DNA of 64,000 nt, taken from positions 1,408,001 through 1,472,000 of the forward strand of contig CBDCMT010000001.1 of assembly GCA_965219095.1 (NCBI GenBank), written 5' to 3'. This DNA is from Bdellovibrionales bacterium. Lineage in GTDB: Bacteria; Bdellovibrionota; Bdellovibrionia; Bdellovibrionales; UBA1609. Position 1 is the stretch's first letter; each line of letters starts with the position of its first letter. Shown here piece by piece: positions 20,276-29,900 of this stretch. The position numbers were made by a program, and so were the translations under genes. The notes under the pieces were generated by a model. The model was given only the letters and a program-made list of their open reading frames with translations, did no database searches and was not told the origin of the DNA.

Positions 20276-21808
20276 GTAACTGCTCACCTACATTGTTCAG
20301 TTATCCCTAACTTTAGATCTGTTTTAAGATAAAAGTCTTGCTCTTACAGATTTTCTTTTAAATACTTTTTTCAAATGACAATAAATAAGACCTCCATCAG
20401 AAATGAGATTGAAAATATAAGAAGTGACTTTGATAAGTTTGCAAAGAAAGGTTCTGTGCCTACTGAGATTTCTGTGATTGTTGAATCTCTCTTTAAGGTT
20501 GTGAACATTCTGATTGTTGTGTTTTTAGAAAAACAGGTTTGAAAAAATTCCAGCAACAGCGGTCTTCCTCCTTCGCAAGATTTTAGTCGTCAAGGGAATC
20601 GTAATAAGAAAGCTAGTGGGAGTCAAAAAAAGGGCTCTAGACTTGATAACAGTAAAGATACAAACAGTGAGGAGACTGTCTCTCCCTCAGAGTGTTCTCA
20701 GTGTGGGATGTGTTTAAAGACAGCAGAGGTAAAAAGCCTTGAAAAGCGTAAAAAGATTGATATTTTTTATGAAATTCAGACCCATACTGTAACTTCTGAG
20801 GTTAAGGATTGTCCCTCATGTGGAGCTAGAAATAAAGGTCAATTCCCTAAAGGTATGAGTGGTCCTCTTCAGTATGGTGTAGGCATTAGAGCTTCCATCA
20901 TCAATTTCATTATAGTTCAGATGCTGTCTTTTAGAGCGTGTTGGGGAACATTACATGGGGCTTATAGGTCGAATGATTTCTCCTGCAGTTATGTTGAGAT
21001 ACATTGCTGAATTAGGAGAGTTTCTTAAAAGTTGGGAAGAGCAGATGAAAGAAAAGATACTTGAATCAGAGGTCATTCATGTTGATGAGACCTCTATGAG
21101 GGTTAAGGGTAAAAACTACTGGATTCATACTTATAGTTCAGGAGAATTAGTCTTGCAGTTTCTCCACCTTTCAGGTGGAAGGGAAGCCATAAAAGATATT
21201 GGTCTCTTGGATAGATATGCAGGAGTGCTTGTGCATGATTGTTGGAGTCCTTACTTTTGTTATGATAAGATAACTCATGCTTTGTGTGTGGCTCACCTTT
21301 TGAGAGAGCTTAAATTTATAGAAGAAAGCAATGGATTCAAATGGGCTACAAATCTCAAAAAACTTCTTAAAGAGACTGTGGAGTTAGTTCATAAAAAAGA
21401 GTCAAGAGTTCTGACTCAAAAAGAGTACGAAACTCTTCAGAGAAGGTATAGGAGTATTCTTACAAAAGGCTTAAAAGAGCTTCCAGAATTTCCTAAGAAA
21501 AATGGCAAGAAAGGACGAATAAAGCATACACAAGCTCAAAACCTTTGGCTGCGATTTAAAAAGTATGAAGCAGAAATACTGTGCTTTGCTAAAAGAAAGA
21601 ACGTAGATCCTACTAATAACAGAGCTGAAAGAGATCTAAGAATGACTAAAGTGAAAAAGAAAGTGTCAGGGTGTTTCAGAACAGAAGAAATGGCGAAATA
21701 TTTTTGTCGCATTACCAGCTATGTTAAAACAATGAGAAATAAAGGGTATTCTTCTTTAGAAGCCATCTCTATGGCTTTAAATAAAAACTTACGAGAGTGA
21801 GCAGTTAC
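20276..21808 (+). mobile_element. IS66-family single-ORF (ISBst12-like) element with inactivated transposase
   Basis: IR GTAACTGCTCAC/GTGAGCAGTTAC; NSSNSGLPPS, HVDET, TNNRAERDLR; TGA near 20540 where the other copy has CGA, frameshift near 20935; no target duplication. Confidence 0.92.
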
Positions 21809-21816
21809 AAATTAAA

Positions 21817-22055
21817 TTAGTTTAAACTTTCGCCCATTCTTACTTCCTCTAAAACTTTCTGAGACTCCTATAAGGGTGCATCACTACAACAGTGCTTCTC
21901 ATACAAAACACCCCTAACTCATCTCCTTTTTGAAACCTCTGCTCTTCAAAAACTTCCAAACTTAAACTCTCCACATTCAAAGCCCTTACCATCACTACAA
22001 TGATTGTGTTTTTTGTTTCAAACTCTTCAACAAAAAAGATAAGCCTTTTGTTTCG
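21817..22055 (-). pseudogene. psd: Phosphatidylserine decarboxylase C-terminal remnant
   Basis: Hand translation RNKRLIF..MVRALNVESL..KGDELGVFCMRSTVV, then a frameshift, then EEVRMGESLN*. Confidence 0.7.
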
Positions 22056-22118
22056 AAATCAGAAGATCGAATAAATTTTTCATAAAATAAGGTCTTACAG
22101 GCTAAAGAGAACCTTATA

Positions 22119-23217
22119 TAGTGCTTCCGCTTAGGTTTTCCGTTTTTTTTTGAGTTGAGGTCTAGTTTTTATTCTAAGGCCTTGATAAAAAGTCATTTAT
22201 TTTTAAAAATAGGTAACTGCTCTATGAACTATCTCTAGAGAAAAATATTAAATACGTAAAAAGGATTATGACAATTCTCCATTTAGATAAAGGTGAGTTG
22301 TGTAAAGATATTTCCCGTTTTCTTTTCATTGATGAGGGCACGATAAGAGCCTGTAGAGATCGTTATAACAAAGGTGGGATAGAGTGCTTAATCAACGACA
22401 ATTACAACCCTAAAAGGTCCTTTTTAACTAAGAAAGAGGAGAAAATGCTTTTAAAGGAGTTAGAAAAAAGAATTTTTCCGTCATCACAGTCTGTTATTCA
22501 GTTCATTGAGGAGAATTTTGGTGTTACGTACTCAACAAGTGGTGCGATTGATCTTCTCCATCGCCTTTGTTTTTCTTATAAAAAAGCCACAGCGATACCG
22601 GGTAAGGCAAAGAGAGAAGAGCAGAAAAAGTTTGTGCGTAAATACAAGAGAATTAAAAAGAAAGACGGTCCTGTTTACTTTGCTGATTCCACACATCCTG
22701 AGTGGGGCCCTACGATTTCATATGGTTGGATAAGAGAGGGTAAGAAGTTTGAAGTGAAGACCAATTCAGGCTGGAGAAAAAGAGTGAATGTTTGTGGAGC
22801 TATTGAGATCAATAGTTTGAAGACGGTAGTCAGGAGTTATAAGACAGTTAACCATGTTTCCATATGTGATATGCTCCATCATATTCGCAAGAAGCATCCC
22901 GATGAAAAAGAGATTCATCTTATCTTAGATGGGGCCGGATACAATAGATCGAAGTCTGTCAAGAAGTTAGCGAAAGAGTTGAATATAAAACTTGTTTATC
23001 TTCCTCCGTACTCACCGAATTTAAATCCTATAGAAAGACTTTGGAAGTTTATGAAAAAAGAGGTCACGGCGAATCGATATTATGAAAACTATGACGATTT
23101 CAAGGGAAGTTTAAGTCAATTTTTTAGAGGAATACGAAAACACAGATCTAAATTAGAAACTTTGATAACTGATAACTTCTCTATCTTAGGAAACTGAAAA
23201 CCTAAACGGAAGCACTA
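22119..23217 (+). mobile_element. IS630-family element (type C); transposase ORF 22268-23197 probably lacks its native start
   Basis: IR TAGTGCTTCCG.TTAGGTTTTC at both ends, TA flanks; FADSTHP, LDGAGYN, LPPYSPNLNPIERLW. Confidence 0.92.
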
Positions 23218-23345
23218 TAGATATGTTCATTTCAGGTATACTATTTGTTGTATGAATCAATTGATGGGTTAAAATAAGTTTGAAAAATTGAGGGTAAAAT
23301 TTAAAATGAAAAAATCAGTTACACAATTTGTTTACAGGCTCAAAT

Positions 23346-24707
23346 CTAAGGATTTAGGTAAGGAGACCATTTAGGAGTTTCATAATGGTAATTATCAAAA
23401 GTGATTCTTCTCACATACTCACCATCATATGACATAAGATAAAGTTGTTTGTTTGCTGTATGCCGATCACTAGCAAACACAATAAAACGACCATCAGGAG
23501 AAAAAGAAGGTGAAGCATGATGAGCCGCTCTTCCATTTTTCTTTACATAGCTTGTTAGTTTCTTAATTTGCTTTGTAGCCAAATCTAAGGAATAAATATC
23601 GTAATGAGCTTTTTGGTAGCTGGCAAACACAATGGCTTTTCCATCAGGTGACCATACAGGATTAGAATTGTAACGACCAGAAAAGGTTAATCTTTCGGTT
23701 TTTCTTCTGGCTAAAATGTCGGTCATATAAATCATAGGCTTTCCTCCCTTATTGGAAGAAAAAACCAAACGTCTTCCATCAGGAGAAATGTCAGGCTCTA
23801 AATTTAAGGTATGGGAAGGTTTTGTGATAATGGGTTTGAGGATTCGAGTCCTTAAGTCCATCCTGTAAATATGAGCCCCCCCTCTTTTGGAAAGCGTATA
23901 ATAAAGGTGTCTTCCTGTGGGATCAAAAACGGCTCCTGAATTCATACCTTTATGATGGGAGATTAACTTTGTTTTTTTTGTTTTTAAATCTAATAAAAAA
24001 AGATCGGGATTAAAAACTCCAGCACTTTTATGTTTTACGTAAGCTGTAAAAGCAATTTTATCTCCCTTTGGAGACCAAGCAGGAGATAAGGAAAGAGATC
24101 GAAATCCTCTACCTGTAACTTTTTTAAGATTCTCTCCGTTCCAATCCAAAGTATAAATTCCTTTTTTTCCTCTTACTTTCACTGTGGCAACTATTTTTGT
24201 AGAAAAAATACTTTTCTTTCCTGTGAGGGCTTTAATAAGATCATCGCAAAATCGATCTGCTATTTTATTAGAATAAGTCTGTTTGACCCTGTAAATTCTT
24301 CCAAAAGCCAGCTTTCCAGAACTTACATAGTAAGCATAAATTTCTAATTGTAATTGATCGCCTCTTGTTCTATAAGTCCCTCTGATAAGAAGATGGGCTT
24401 TAAGCACACGCCACTTCTCAAAATCAAAACCACGCCTGTCTTCTGATAAAGGTCTAGGGCTGACTTTTCTTACATCTTCTATAAAACTTTTAGGATTAAT
24501 CAAACGAAAAAACCCTGAAATATAAAGATGGCTTCTGATTCTTTTGTAAACTTTTTCTCCGTAATGACCTTTTCCTCCCTGATTGCGGAACTTAGGTAAA
24601 GCCAAAGAGGCTTGGCCTTTTTTAGCATGGCCCACATTGATAGATACTTTTTTGCAGACAGCATAAAAAGAAAAGCAAAAGAAAAAGAAAAATATAATAT
24701 ATTTCAT
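23346..24707 (-). CDS. tolB: Tol-Pal beta-propeller protein TolB
   Basis: Signal peptide, TolB N-domain, repeated P.WSPDG (PD40) motifs; follows tolQRA. Confidence 0.9.
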   Translation of the reverse strand: MKYIIFFFFFCFSFYAVCKKVSINVGHAKKGQASLALPKFRNQGGKGHYGEKVYKRIRSHLYISGFFRLINPKSFIEDVRKVSPRPLSEDRRGFDFEKWRVLKAHLLIRGTYRTRGDQLQLEIYAYYVSSGKLAFGRIYRVKQTYSNKIADRFCDDLIKALTGKKSIFSTKIVATVKVRGKKGIYTLDWNGENLKKVTGRGFRSLSLSPAWSPKGDKIAFTAYVKHKSAGVFNPDLFLLDLKTKKTKLISHHKGMNSGAVFDPTGRHLYYTLSKRGGAHIYRMDLRTRILKPIITKPSHTLNLEPDISPDGRRLVFSSNKGGKPMIYMTDILARRKTERLTFSGRYNSNPVWSPDGKAIVFASYQKAHYDIYSLDLATKQIKKLTSYVKKNGRAAHHASPSFSPDGRFIVFASDRHTANKQLYLMSYDGEYVRRITFDNYHYETPKWSPYLNP

Positions 24708-24710
24708 GAC

Positions 24711-25352
24711 TTACTCCGGAAACTTTAAAATAAAATTGATCTTATAAAACAATTTTTTAAGCCTATCGGGAGGACGAGGTAAAGGTTCAGCCTTTATTAT
24801 TGCCTCCAGAGCTTGTTGATCAAATAACTCATTTCCTGACTCTTTTATAAATGATTTTGTAATAATTCTTCCCTCATCGTCAAGGGTTACTTCAATAGTA
24901 GCACTAAGATTCGTTAAATCAAGCCATTGGGGTATGACAAAGTGCTTTCTTACGGCCATTCCCACTTCTTCATAGTATCTTTCCATAGAAAGACGATTAA
25001 GTCCTTCTAAGCTCTGCCCTTGGGAAAGGAAATTCCCCTTAAACATCGTTCTGGTCTCTTTTTGGGGCGATTTGTTGTCTTGATCTTCCTTTTTAAGGTT
25101 CTTTGGACTTTGCTTTTGCTTTAAAATAAGAGTTTTGTTATCTTTTTTTTTCTTTTGAGGAGGTCGTTTCTTTTTTACTTTTTTTGAGGTTCTTTCTATT
25201 TTTTTTATCTTATCAGGGAGATCAATAACATCCACTTTTAAAGAGGAAGTTATGTTTTTATGAAAAGAGAAATTCCAACTTAATAGAACAAAAACAGCTA
25301 AGTGAACTCCTAGGGAAACTTTCAACCAATATGGGAAATTTTTGTCTTTCAC
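24711..25352 (-). CDS. tolA: TolA/TonB-family protein
   Basis: S...H TM motif, K-rich linker, SGNELFDQQAL.AI C-terminal domain. Confidence 0.82.
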   Translation of the reverse strand: MKDKNFPYWLKVSLGVHLAVFVLLSWNFSFHKNITSSLKVDVIDLPDKIKKIERTSKKVKKKRPPQKKKKDNKTLILKQKQSPKNLKKEDQDNKSPQKETRTMFKGNFLSQGQSLEGLNRLSMERYYEEVGMAVRKHFVIPQWLDLTNLSATIEVTLDDEGRIITKSFIKESGNELFDQQALEAIIKAEPLPRPPDRLKKLFYKINFILKFPE

Positions 25353-25747
25353 TTTGCAGTTGTTATAAGTCCTATATTATAGAGTCCAGCTGATTTAACT
25401 TGTGCCATAACCTGTGCCACAAGACCATAAGACACTCTTCTATCAGCTTGAATATAAATACTTTTATCTTTTCTTGCTTTTGTAATAGCCCTTATCTTAA
25501 CAGGGAGTTGTTTTATAGAAAACCGTAAACCAGATAAATACAAAACTCCGTTCTTTTTGATAGTTAAGATAAGAGGTTTTTCAGGAATGGCAAGACCTGA
25601 GGCTTTGGTTCTGGGAAGTTGTACCTTAAGGCCTTGGTGACTTAAAGGAGCTGTTAGCATAAAAATCACTAAAAGTACTAAAACTACGTCAACAAAAGGT
25701 GTAACATTAATTTCATTTAAGGGTTTTCTGTCCTTAACAAATTTCAT
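25349..25747 (-). CDS. tolR: TolR/ExbD-family protein
   Basis: EINVTPFVDVVLVLLVIFM, IQAD..V.YG. Confidence 0.9.
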   Translation of the reverse strand: MKFVKDRKPLNEINVTPFVDVVLVLLVIFMLTAPLSHQGLKVQLPRTKASGLAIPEKPLILTIKKNGVLYLSGLRFSIKQLPVKIRAITKARKDKSIYIQADRRVSYGLVAQVMAQVKSAGLYNIGLITTAK

Positions 25748-26505
25748 GATGACCACGTCCTGCTTTCATGAAAAAAATTCCTTTTCACCAAACTGAGGAA
25801 GTCTTTAGAAAAGCTGTGAAGAGTGAGTTCTTGAGTTCTTATTTCAGAGAGAAAATAGTTGTAGGCAATGGAAGCTGGTATGGCTGCAAAAAGACCTACA
25901 GCTGTTGCATAGAGTGCTTCAGATAAACCGGGTGCTACAATAGTGAGACTTGCTGATTGGTAAAGAGCAATTTTCTGAAAAGAACCTGTGATGCCTAAAA
26001 CAGTGCCAAAAAGCCCAATAAAAGGTGCTGAGGTTCCTATACTTGCTAAAAGCCCTACTTTTTTTTCAACATCAACCATTTCGTTTTCAATAGCTTTATC
26101 CAAAGAACGTTGTAAGTTATCTAAACCATCATAAAACTGTGCTCTTTGTTGCTGTCCTCCCATTCCTATGGAATCCATCTTTTCTAATTCTTTGTAGCCC
26201 ATGGAAAAAACCCTTAAGAGATTGCTTTCTTTAAAAGCACTTCTCTTCTTATCCATTTCCTCCAAAGACTCTAATTTTTCGAAAGACAACAAAAAACTTT
26301 TATTCACTTCCTTTAATTTCTTGAACTTTTTGAATTTAAAAACAATAACAGCCCAGCTAAAAACACTCATGCCTACTAAAATAAGAAATGTTATTTGTAC
26401 AAAAAAGTTAGCCTCCAATAGAGCAGACCAAAAGCTAGTAATACTTTGTGTTTCAGGAAGTTCTATCCCCTTATCCGCAGCCCACACCCTGTTCATAAAG
26501 ATCAT
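25744..26505 (-). CDS. tolQ: TolQ/ExbB-family protein
   Basis: APFIGLFGTV.GI, APGLSEAL.ATA.GLFAAIPA. Confidence 0.92.
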   Translation of the reverse strand: MIFMNRVWAADKGIELPETQSITSFWSALLEANFFVQITFLILVGMSVFSWAVIVFKFKKFKKLKEVNKSFLLSFEKLESLEEMDKKRSAFKESNLLRVFSMGYKELEKMDSIGMGGQQQRAQFYDGLDNLQRSLDKAIENEMVDVEKKVGLLASIGTSAPFIGLFGTVLGITGSFQKIALYQSASLTIVAPGLSEALYATAVGLFAAIPASIAYNYFLSEIRTQELTLHSFSKDFLSLVKRNFFHESRTWSS

Positions 26506-26599
26506 TTTAAGGCTTTTTATTTTTATTGTTGAGTCTTTTTAAGAAACCTAGAAATTTGTCGTGGTAAGGGATGATTATACCTTGTACGAAAACAGTCCC

Positions 26600-26800
26600 A
26601 AGTATACAGGGGGTCAAAGAGTACATAGTAGATCTTCTGATGAGAGCGAATCTTCTGGTACAACACAGGAGTGAAGCCAGAGGGAGACTATGATTTTCTG
26701 ACAGTAGGAGACATGAGAATCCTTGTTTCATCTAAGAAAACAAGAATTGCCTTTAATTTTTTCGCTTTTTTTATTTTCTCCCCATCTTTTTGAACCCATC
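26600..26800 (-). pseudogene. Decayed IS630-family transposase fragment
   Basis: Hand-read IQGWVQK..LKAILVFLDET..MSPTVRKS..TPVL with stops; boundaries approximate. Confidence 0.55.
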
Positions 26801-26819
26801 CCTGAATCTCTTTTTTCAA

Positions 26820-27236
26820 AGAACTGCTTCTCTCCATTAAAGAGTATCTTGAACATACAAAACGACAATGTGTTTCTCCTTCTGTGTTCAGAATATGGAC
26901 ATAGTTAAAAGACCTTTTTTATAATAAATGGCCAGTCTCTTGCTATCTAATCAATCTATTTTGACTCGATCCGATGAAATCTCTGGAATCATGGAAGGAG
27001 ATATGACATCACAGGCCATTTTTGCTTCGTCAAACTGTCTTTTGAGACTAAAGCCTATGTAAGTCGCCTCATAACAGACCTTTAATTGGTAGCCTTCTTT
27101 TATAAACCTCTCTATCTTTTTCTTTAAAGGCTTTAAAGTTTGGACGGCTCTTTATACTTATGACCTCGTCACTTAAGCCCTCTTTGACTAAGCTAGCTGT
27201 GAAACTTTTATCATCGATGTCTAGGCCGATATACAT
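26820..27236 (-). pseudogene. IS110-family DEDD recombinase N-terminal remnant
   Basis: Hand translation MYIGLDIDDKS, frameshift near 27120, VCYEATYIGFSL..CDVISPS.IP..DRVKID*LDS..LA. Confidence 0.78.
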
Positions 27237-27359
27237 TATAGACTCCCCCCCCCCAACTTCATTGATTTGAAGACAAAAAGTATCAAATTAATTTTTATAA
27301 TTGGTGTTATTTTTTAATTAAGCTCCACTTAACTTTCATTTTAAAAGTGTAGCTGTTAA

Positions 27360-28764
27360 TACCAATTACAGAAATTAATTCGACATTTTTATGTTCAAAT
27401 TTAAAATTTTAAAATTGACTTAAGGAAAAGTTTCAATTAGGAGGCTTTAAAAAAGTTTTTTTTGAAGGGAGGTTGAGTTTTCATAAGATATGTTTATTTT
27501 ATGTATATCTATTGTTGTGTGAATCGATTGATGGGTTAAAATAAGTGTAAAAAAGTGAGGTTAAGATGTAAAATGAAAAAAATCAGTTACGCAATTTAAT
27601 TTATAGGTTCAAATTAATTTACAAGCTTGATTCATCTTGTTGTTTTGTCCAAGATCGAGTGCATAATTTTTTAATCCTGCCCTCCTGATCGCAAAAAGTA
27701 TTCCAGGCCTCACAACAAGTATTCAGTATATGGTCATAGTTTTTAAAACATGCATTCGATAATTTGATCCTTCGTAATTGTTGCCAGACTTGTTCCATGG
27801 GATTTAATTCTGGACTATAAGGAGGTAAAGGCATCAGGGATAAATTCTTAGGAACTATCAAAGTCTCTGTGGTATGCCAACTGGCTCTGTCCATTAAAAC
27901 AATTCCATGATAGTTTTCTTGAATATTTTTAGATATCTCATCTAAGTGAATTTGCATCATCCCTGAATTACATTCCGGTAAAATCCAAGCACAGCCTTTA
28001 TCTTTATCCGGACAAACTGCTCCAAAAATATAAGTAGATAAAAATTGTCTTTGTCTCACAACTCTAGGTCGTGTGCCTTTTCTTGCCCAAATCCTGCTTA
28101 AAGAACCTTGCTGGCCTATTCTGCATTCATCCTGCCACCAAATCTCTATTTTATGAGTCTGAATCTTTTCCTTTATTTTCTCCACCTCTTCTGGAAAATG
28201 TTCCTTAAACTGTTCCATAGCTTCTTGTGAAGTTTTAGGATGAAGAGAACGACCACTGATCCATACAATATTAAGACGGTCTAAAGAAACATAAACCCCA
28301 GAAAGAGAATAGCAACAGTCAAATTCATTTGCTAAAAGTTCCTGTATTCCCTTTGCTCCTATGCTTCCTCCTTCTCTCTTGTCTTGAATTTCATCTAACT
28401 TGATTTTGAAGTTCTCTTCTTCTGTCACTGGTAAACGAGGCTTGCGCCCTCTGCCTTCTCGATCTATCAACCCCTCGTAATCAAAGTCTACAAAAGACTG
28501 TAACCAGGATTTGATACTGTGACGGTGATAGAAAACTATACTTGCTGTTTCTTGAATCGATTTTCCTTCTTGCATATGCTGCAAAGCTTGGAGTTTTATC
28601 TTGATGTTGGCACTTCTTTCTACTTTGTAAGTAGCTAGAAAATCATACCCTTGAATTTGTGTAACTAAATCTTTTTTCGACACTCTAAAAATTTAACAGA
28701 GTTTGATCAAAAAGCCAGGACGCTATGCGTTAAAAGAATGTCGAATTAATTTTTGGAAATGGTA
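27360..28764 (-). mobile_element. IS630-family element (type B), complete
   Basis: IRs TACCAATTACAGAAATTAATTCGACAT / TACCATTTCCAAAAATTAATTCGACAT; intact ORF. Confidence 0.92.
27619..28683 (-). CDS. IS630-family transposase
   Basis: HTH, WQDECRIGQ, MDRASWH, LPPYSPELNPMEQVW. Confidence 0.95.
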   Translation of the reverse strand: MSKKDLVTQIQGYDFLATYKVERSANIKIKLQALQHMQEGKSIQETASIVFYHRHSIKSWLQSFVDFDYEGLIDREGRGRKPRLPVTEEENFKIKLDEIQDKREGGSIGAKGIQELLANEFDCCYSLSGVYVSLDRLNIVWISGRSLHPKTSQEAMEQFKEHFPEEVEKIKEKIQTHKIEIWWQDECRIGQQGSLSRIWARKGTRPRVVRQRQFLSTYIFGAVCPDKDKGCAWILPECNSGMMQIHLDEISKNIQENYHGIVLMDRASWHTTETLIVPKNLSLMPLPPYSPELNPMEQVWQQLRRIKLSNACFKNYDHILNTCCEAWNTFCDQEGRIKKLCTRSWTKQQDESSL

Positions 28765-28939
28765 TAAGCAAGCATTTCAAAAAAGAGAGTTTTTGTACAT
28801 TAAATCCATTTTTTTTGTAAGAAAGTTCTCACACTCTATTGTGCAGTATGACTTTCGATAACTTAAAATCTAAAGTTATAATTTACCTCTAGAAGTAGTT
28901 TCTATCAAATATTGACTAAACAAGGAGGTCTTCTTAATT

Positions 28940-29542
28940 GTGATGTTAGTAAAGTTTTTTTTGATTTGTTTTATATTTACTTTTCCCTTTGTGGTCGCAG
29001 CTAAACTTGTAAATTACAAACTTGATAGAGCTCATAGTTCTATTAATTTTAGTGTCAATCATTTAGGAATTGTTCCTGTAGAGGGGAAGTTTGATGATTT
29101 TGAAGGAAGTTTTAAGTACAATACAAAAACAAAAGAAATTACAAATATCTTTATCAAAGTGGACGTTGATTCTATTGACACAAATGAATCCGATAGAGAT
29201 ACACATTTAAAAAGCAATGATTTCTTTGGTGTTCGAGATAAGTTCGCTAACATTGTGAAAAAAAGAAAGTACATTATATTTAAATCTAAAAAAGCTAAAA
29301 TATCTCAAAAAAGATTAAAAGGAACTCTTCAAATTCTAGATACGAAAAAAAAGGTTAGTTTTAAAGCTGATATGAAGGCATTATCTGGTATGATAGGGGG
29401 AGTGTTTAAATTATCTATCAATCGTCATCATTATAGGCTGACTTGGCAAAAACCTAACACAGGAATTCTTAAAAAAGTCGCAGGAAAGTCTGTAGGTGAT
29501 ATTGTAAAAATAAAAGTAAATGTATTAGCTAAAACTAAATAA
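28940..29542 (+). CDS. YceI-family periplasmic lipid/polyisoprenoid-binding protein
   Basis: Signal peptide, YKLDRAHSSINFSVNH, G.F..FEG, SIDT....RD.HLKS.DFF; AGGAGG upstream. Confidence 0.92.
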   Translation: MMLVKFFLICFIFTFPFVVAAKLVNYKLDRAHSSINFSVNHLGIVPVEGKFDDFEGSFKYNTKTKEITNIFIKVDVDSIDTNESDRDTHLKSNDFFGVRDKFANIVKKRKYIIFKSKKAKISQKRLKGTLQILDTKKKVSFKADMKALSGMIGGVFKLSINRHHYRLTWQKPNTGILKKVAGKSVGDIVKIKVNVLAKTK

Positions 29543-29555
29543 AAAATGAGGAGTT

Positions 29556-29891
29556 ATGAAATTAAAAAAAGAATTGCCATTAGTTTTATGTGCTACAGGA
29601 CTTATAACAGGACTTTCTGTTGAGGCTGGAAAAAATAAAAACACAAAGCCTAGCTACTATAAATGCAAAGGAATTGCTACAAAATGGGCTGGAGACTGTG
29701 GGGCTAATGGACACAACTGTGCTGGAAAAAACAATGATGATTTTGATGCAAATGAATGGGTAAAAGTTTCTAGAAAAAATGATTGTACTGCTATTCAAAA
29801 CGCACTTAAAAATCCTGCAATTAAAAAGTATATCTTAGATATGCAAGCTAAAACTGTAGTGGCATCAAAAACAGGAAAGTTCGATAAATAA
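29556..29891 (+). CDS. Bufferin A1-like (DUF2282-like) exported Cys-rich RiPP precursor
   Basis: Signal peptide ending VEA; KCKGIA..GDC..GHNCAG..D....EWVKV....C four-Cys pattern; GAGGAG RBS; directly upstream of an MNIO gene. Confidence 0.82.
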   Translation: MKLKKELPLVLCATGLITGLSVEAGKNKNTKPSYYKCKGIATKWAGDCGANGHNCAGKNNDDFDANEWVKVSRKNDCTAIQNALKNPAIKKYILDMQAKTVVASKTGKFDK

Positions 29892-29900
29892 ATTATATGT

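Noticed and set aside
28858..28879. Dyad ATAACTT-N8-AAGTTAT upstream of the YceI/MNIO operon as an operator
   Set aside because: A 7-bp AT-rich dyad is expected by chance in this genome and no cognate regulator is nearby
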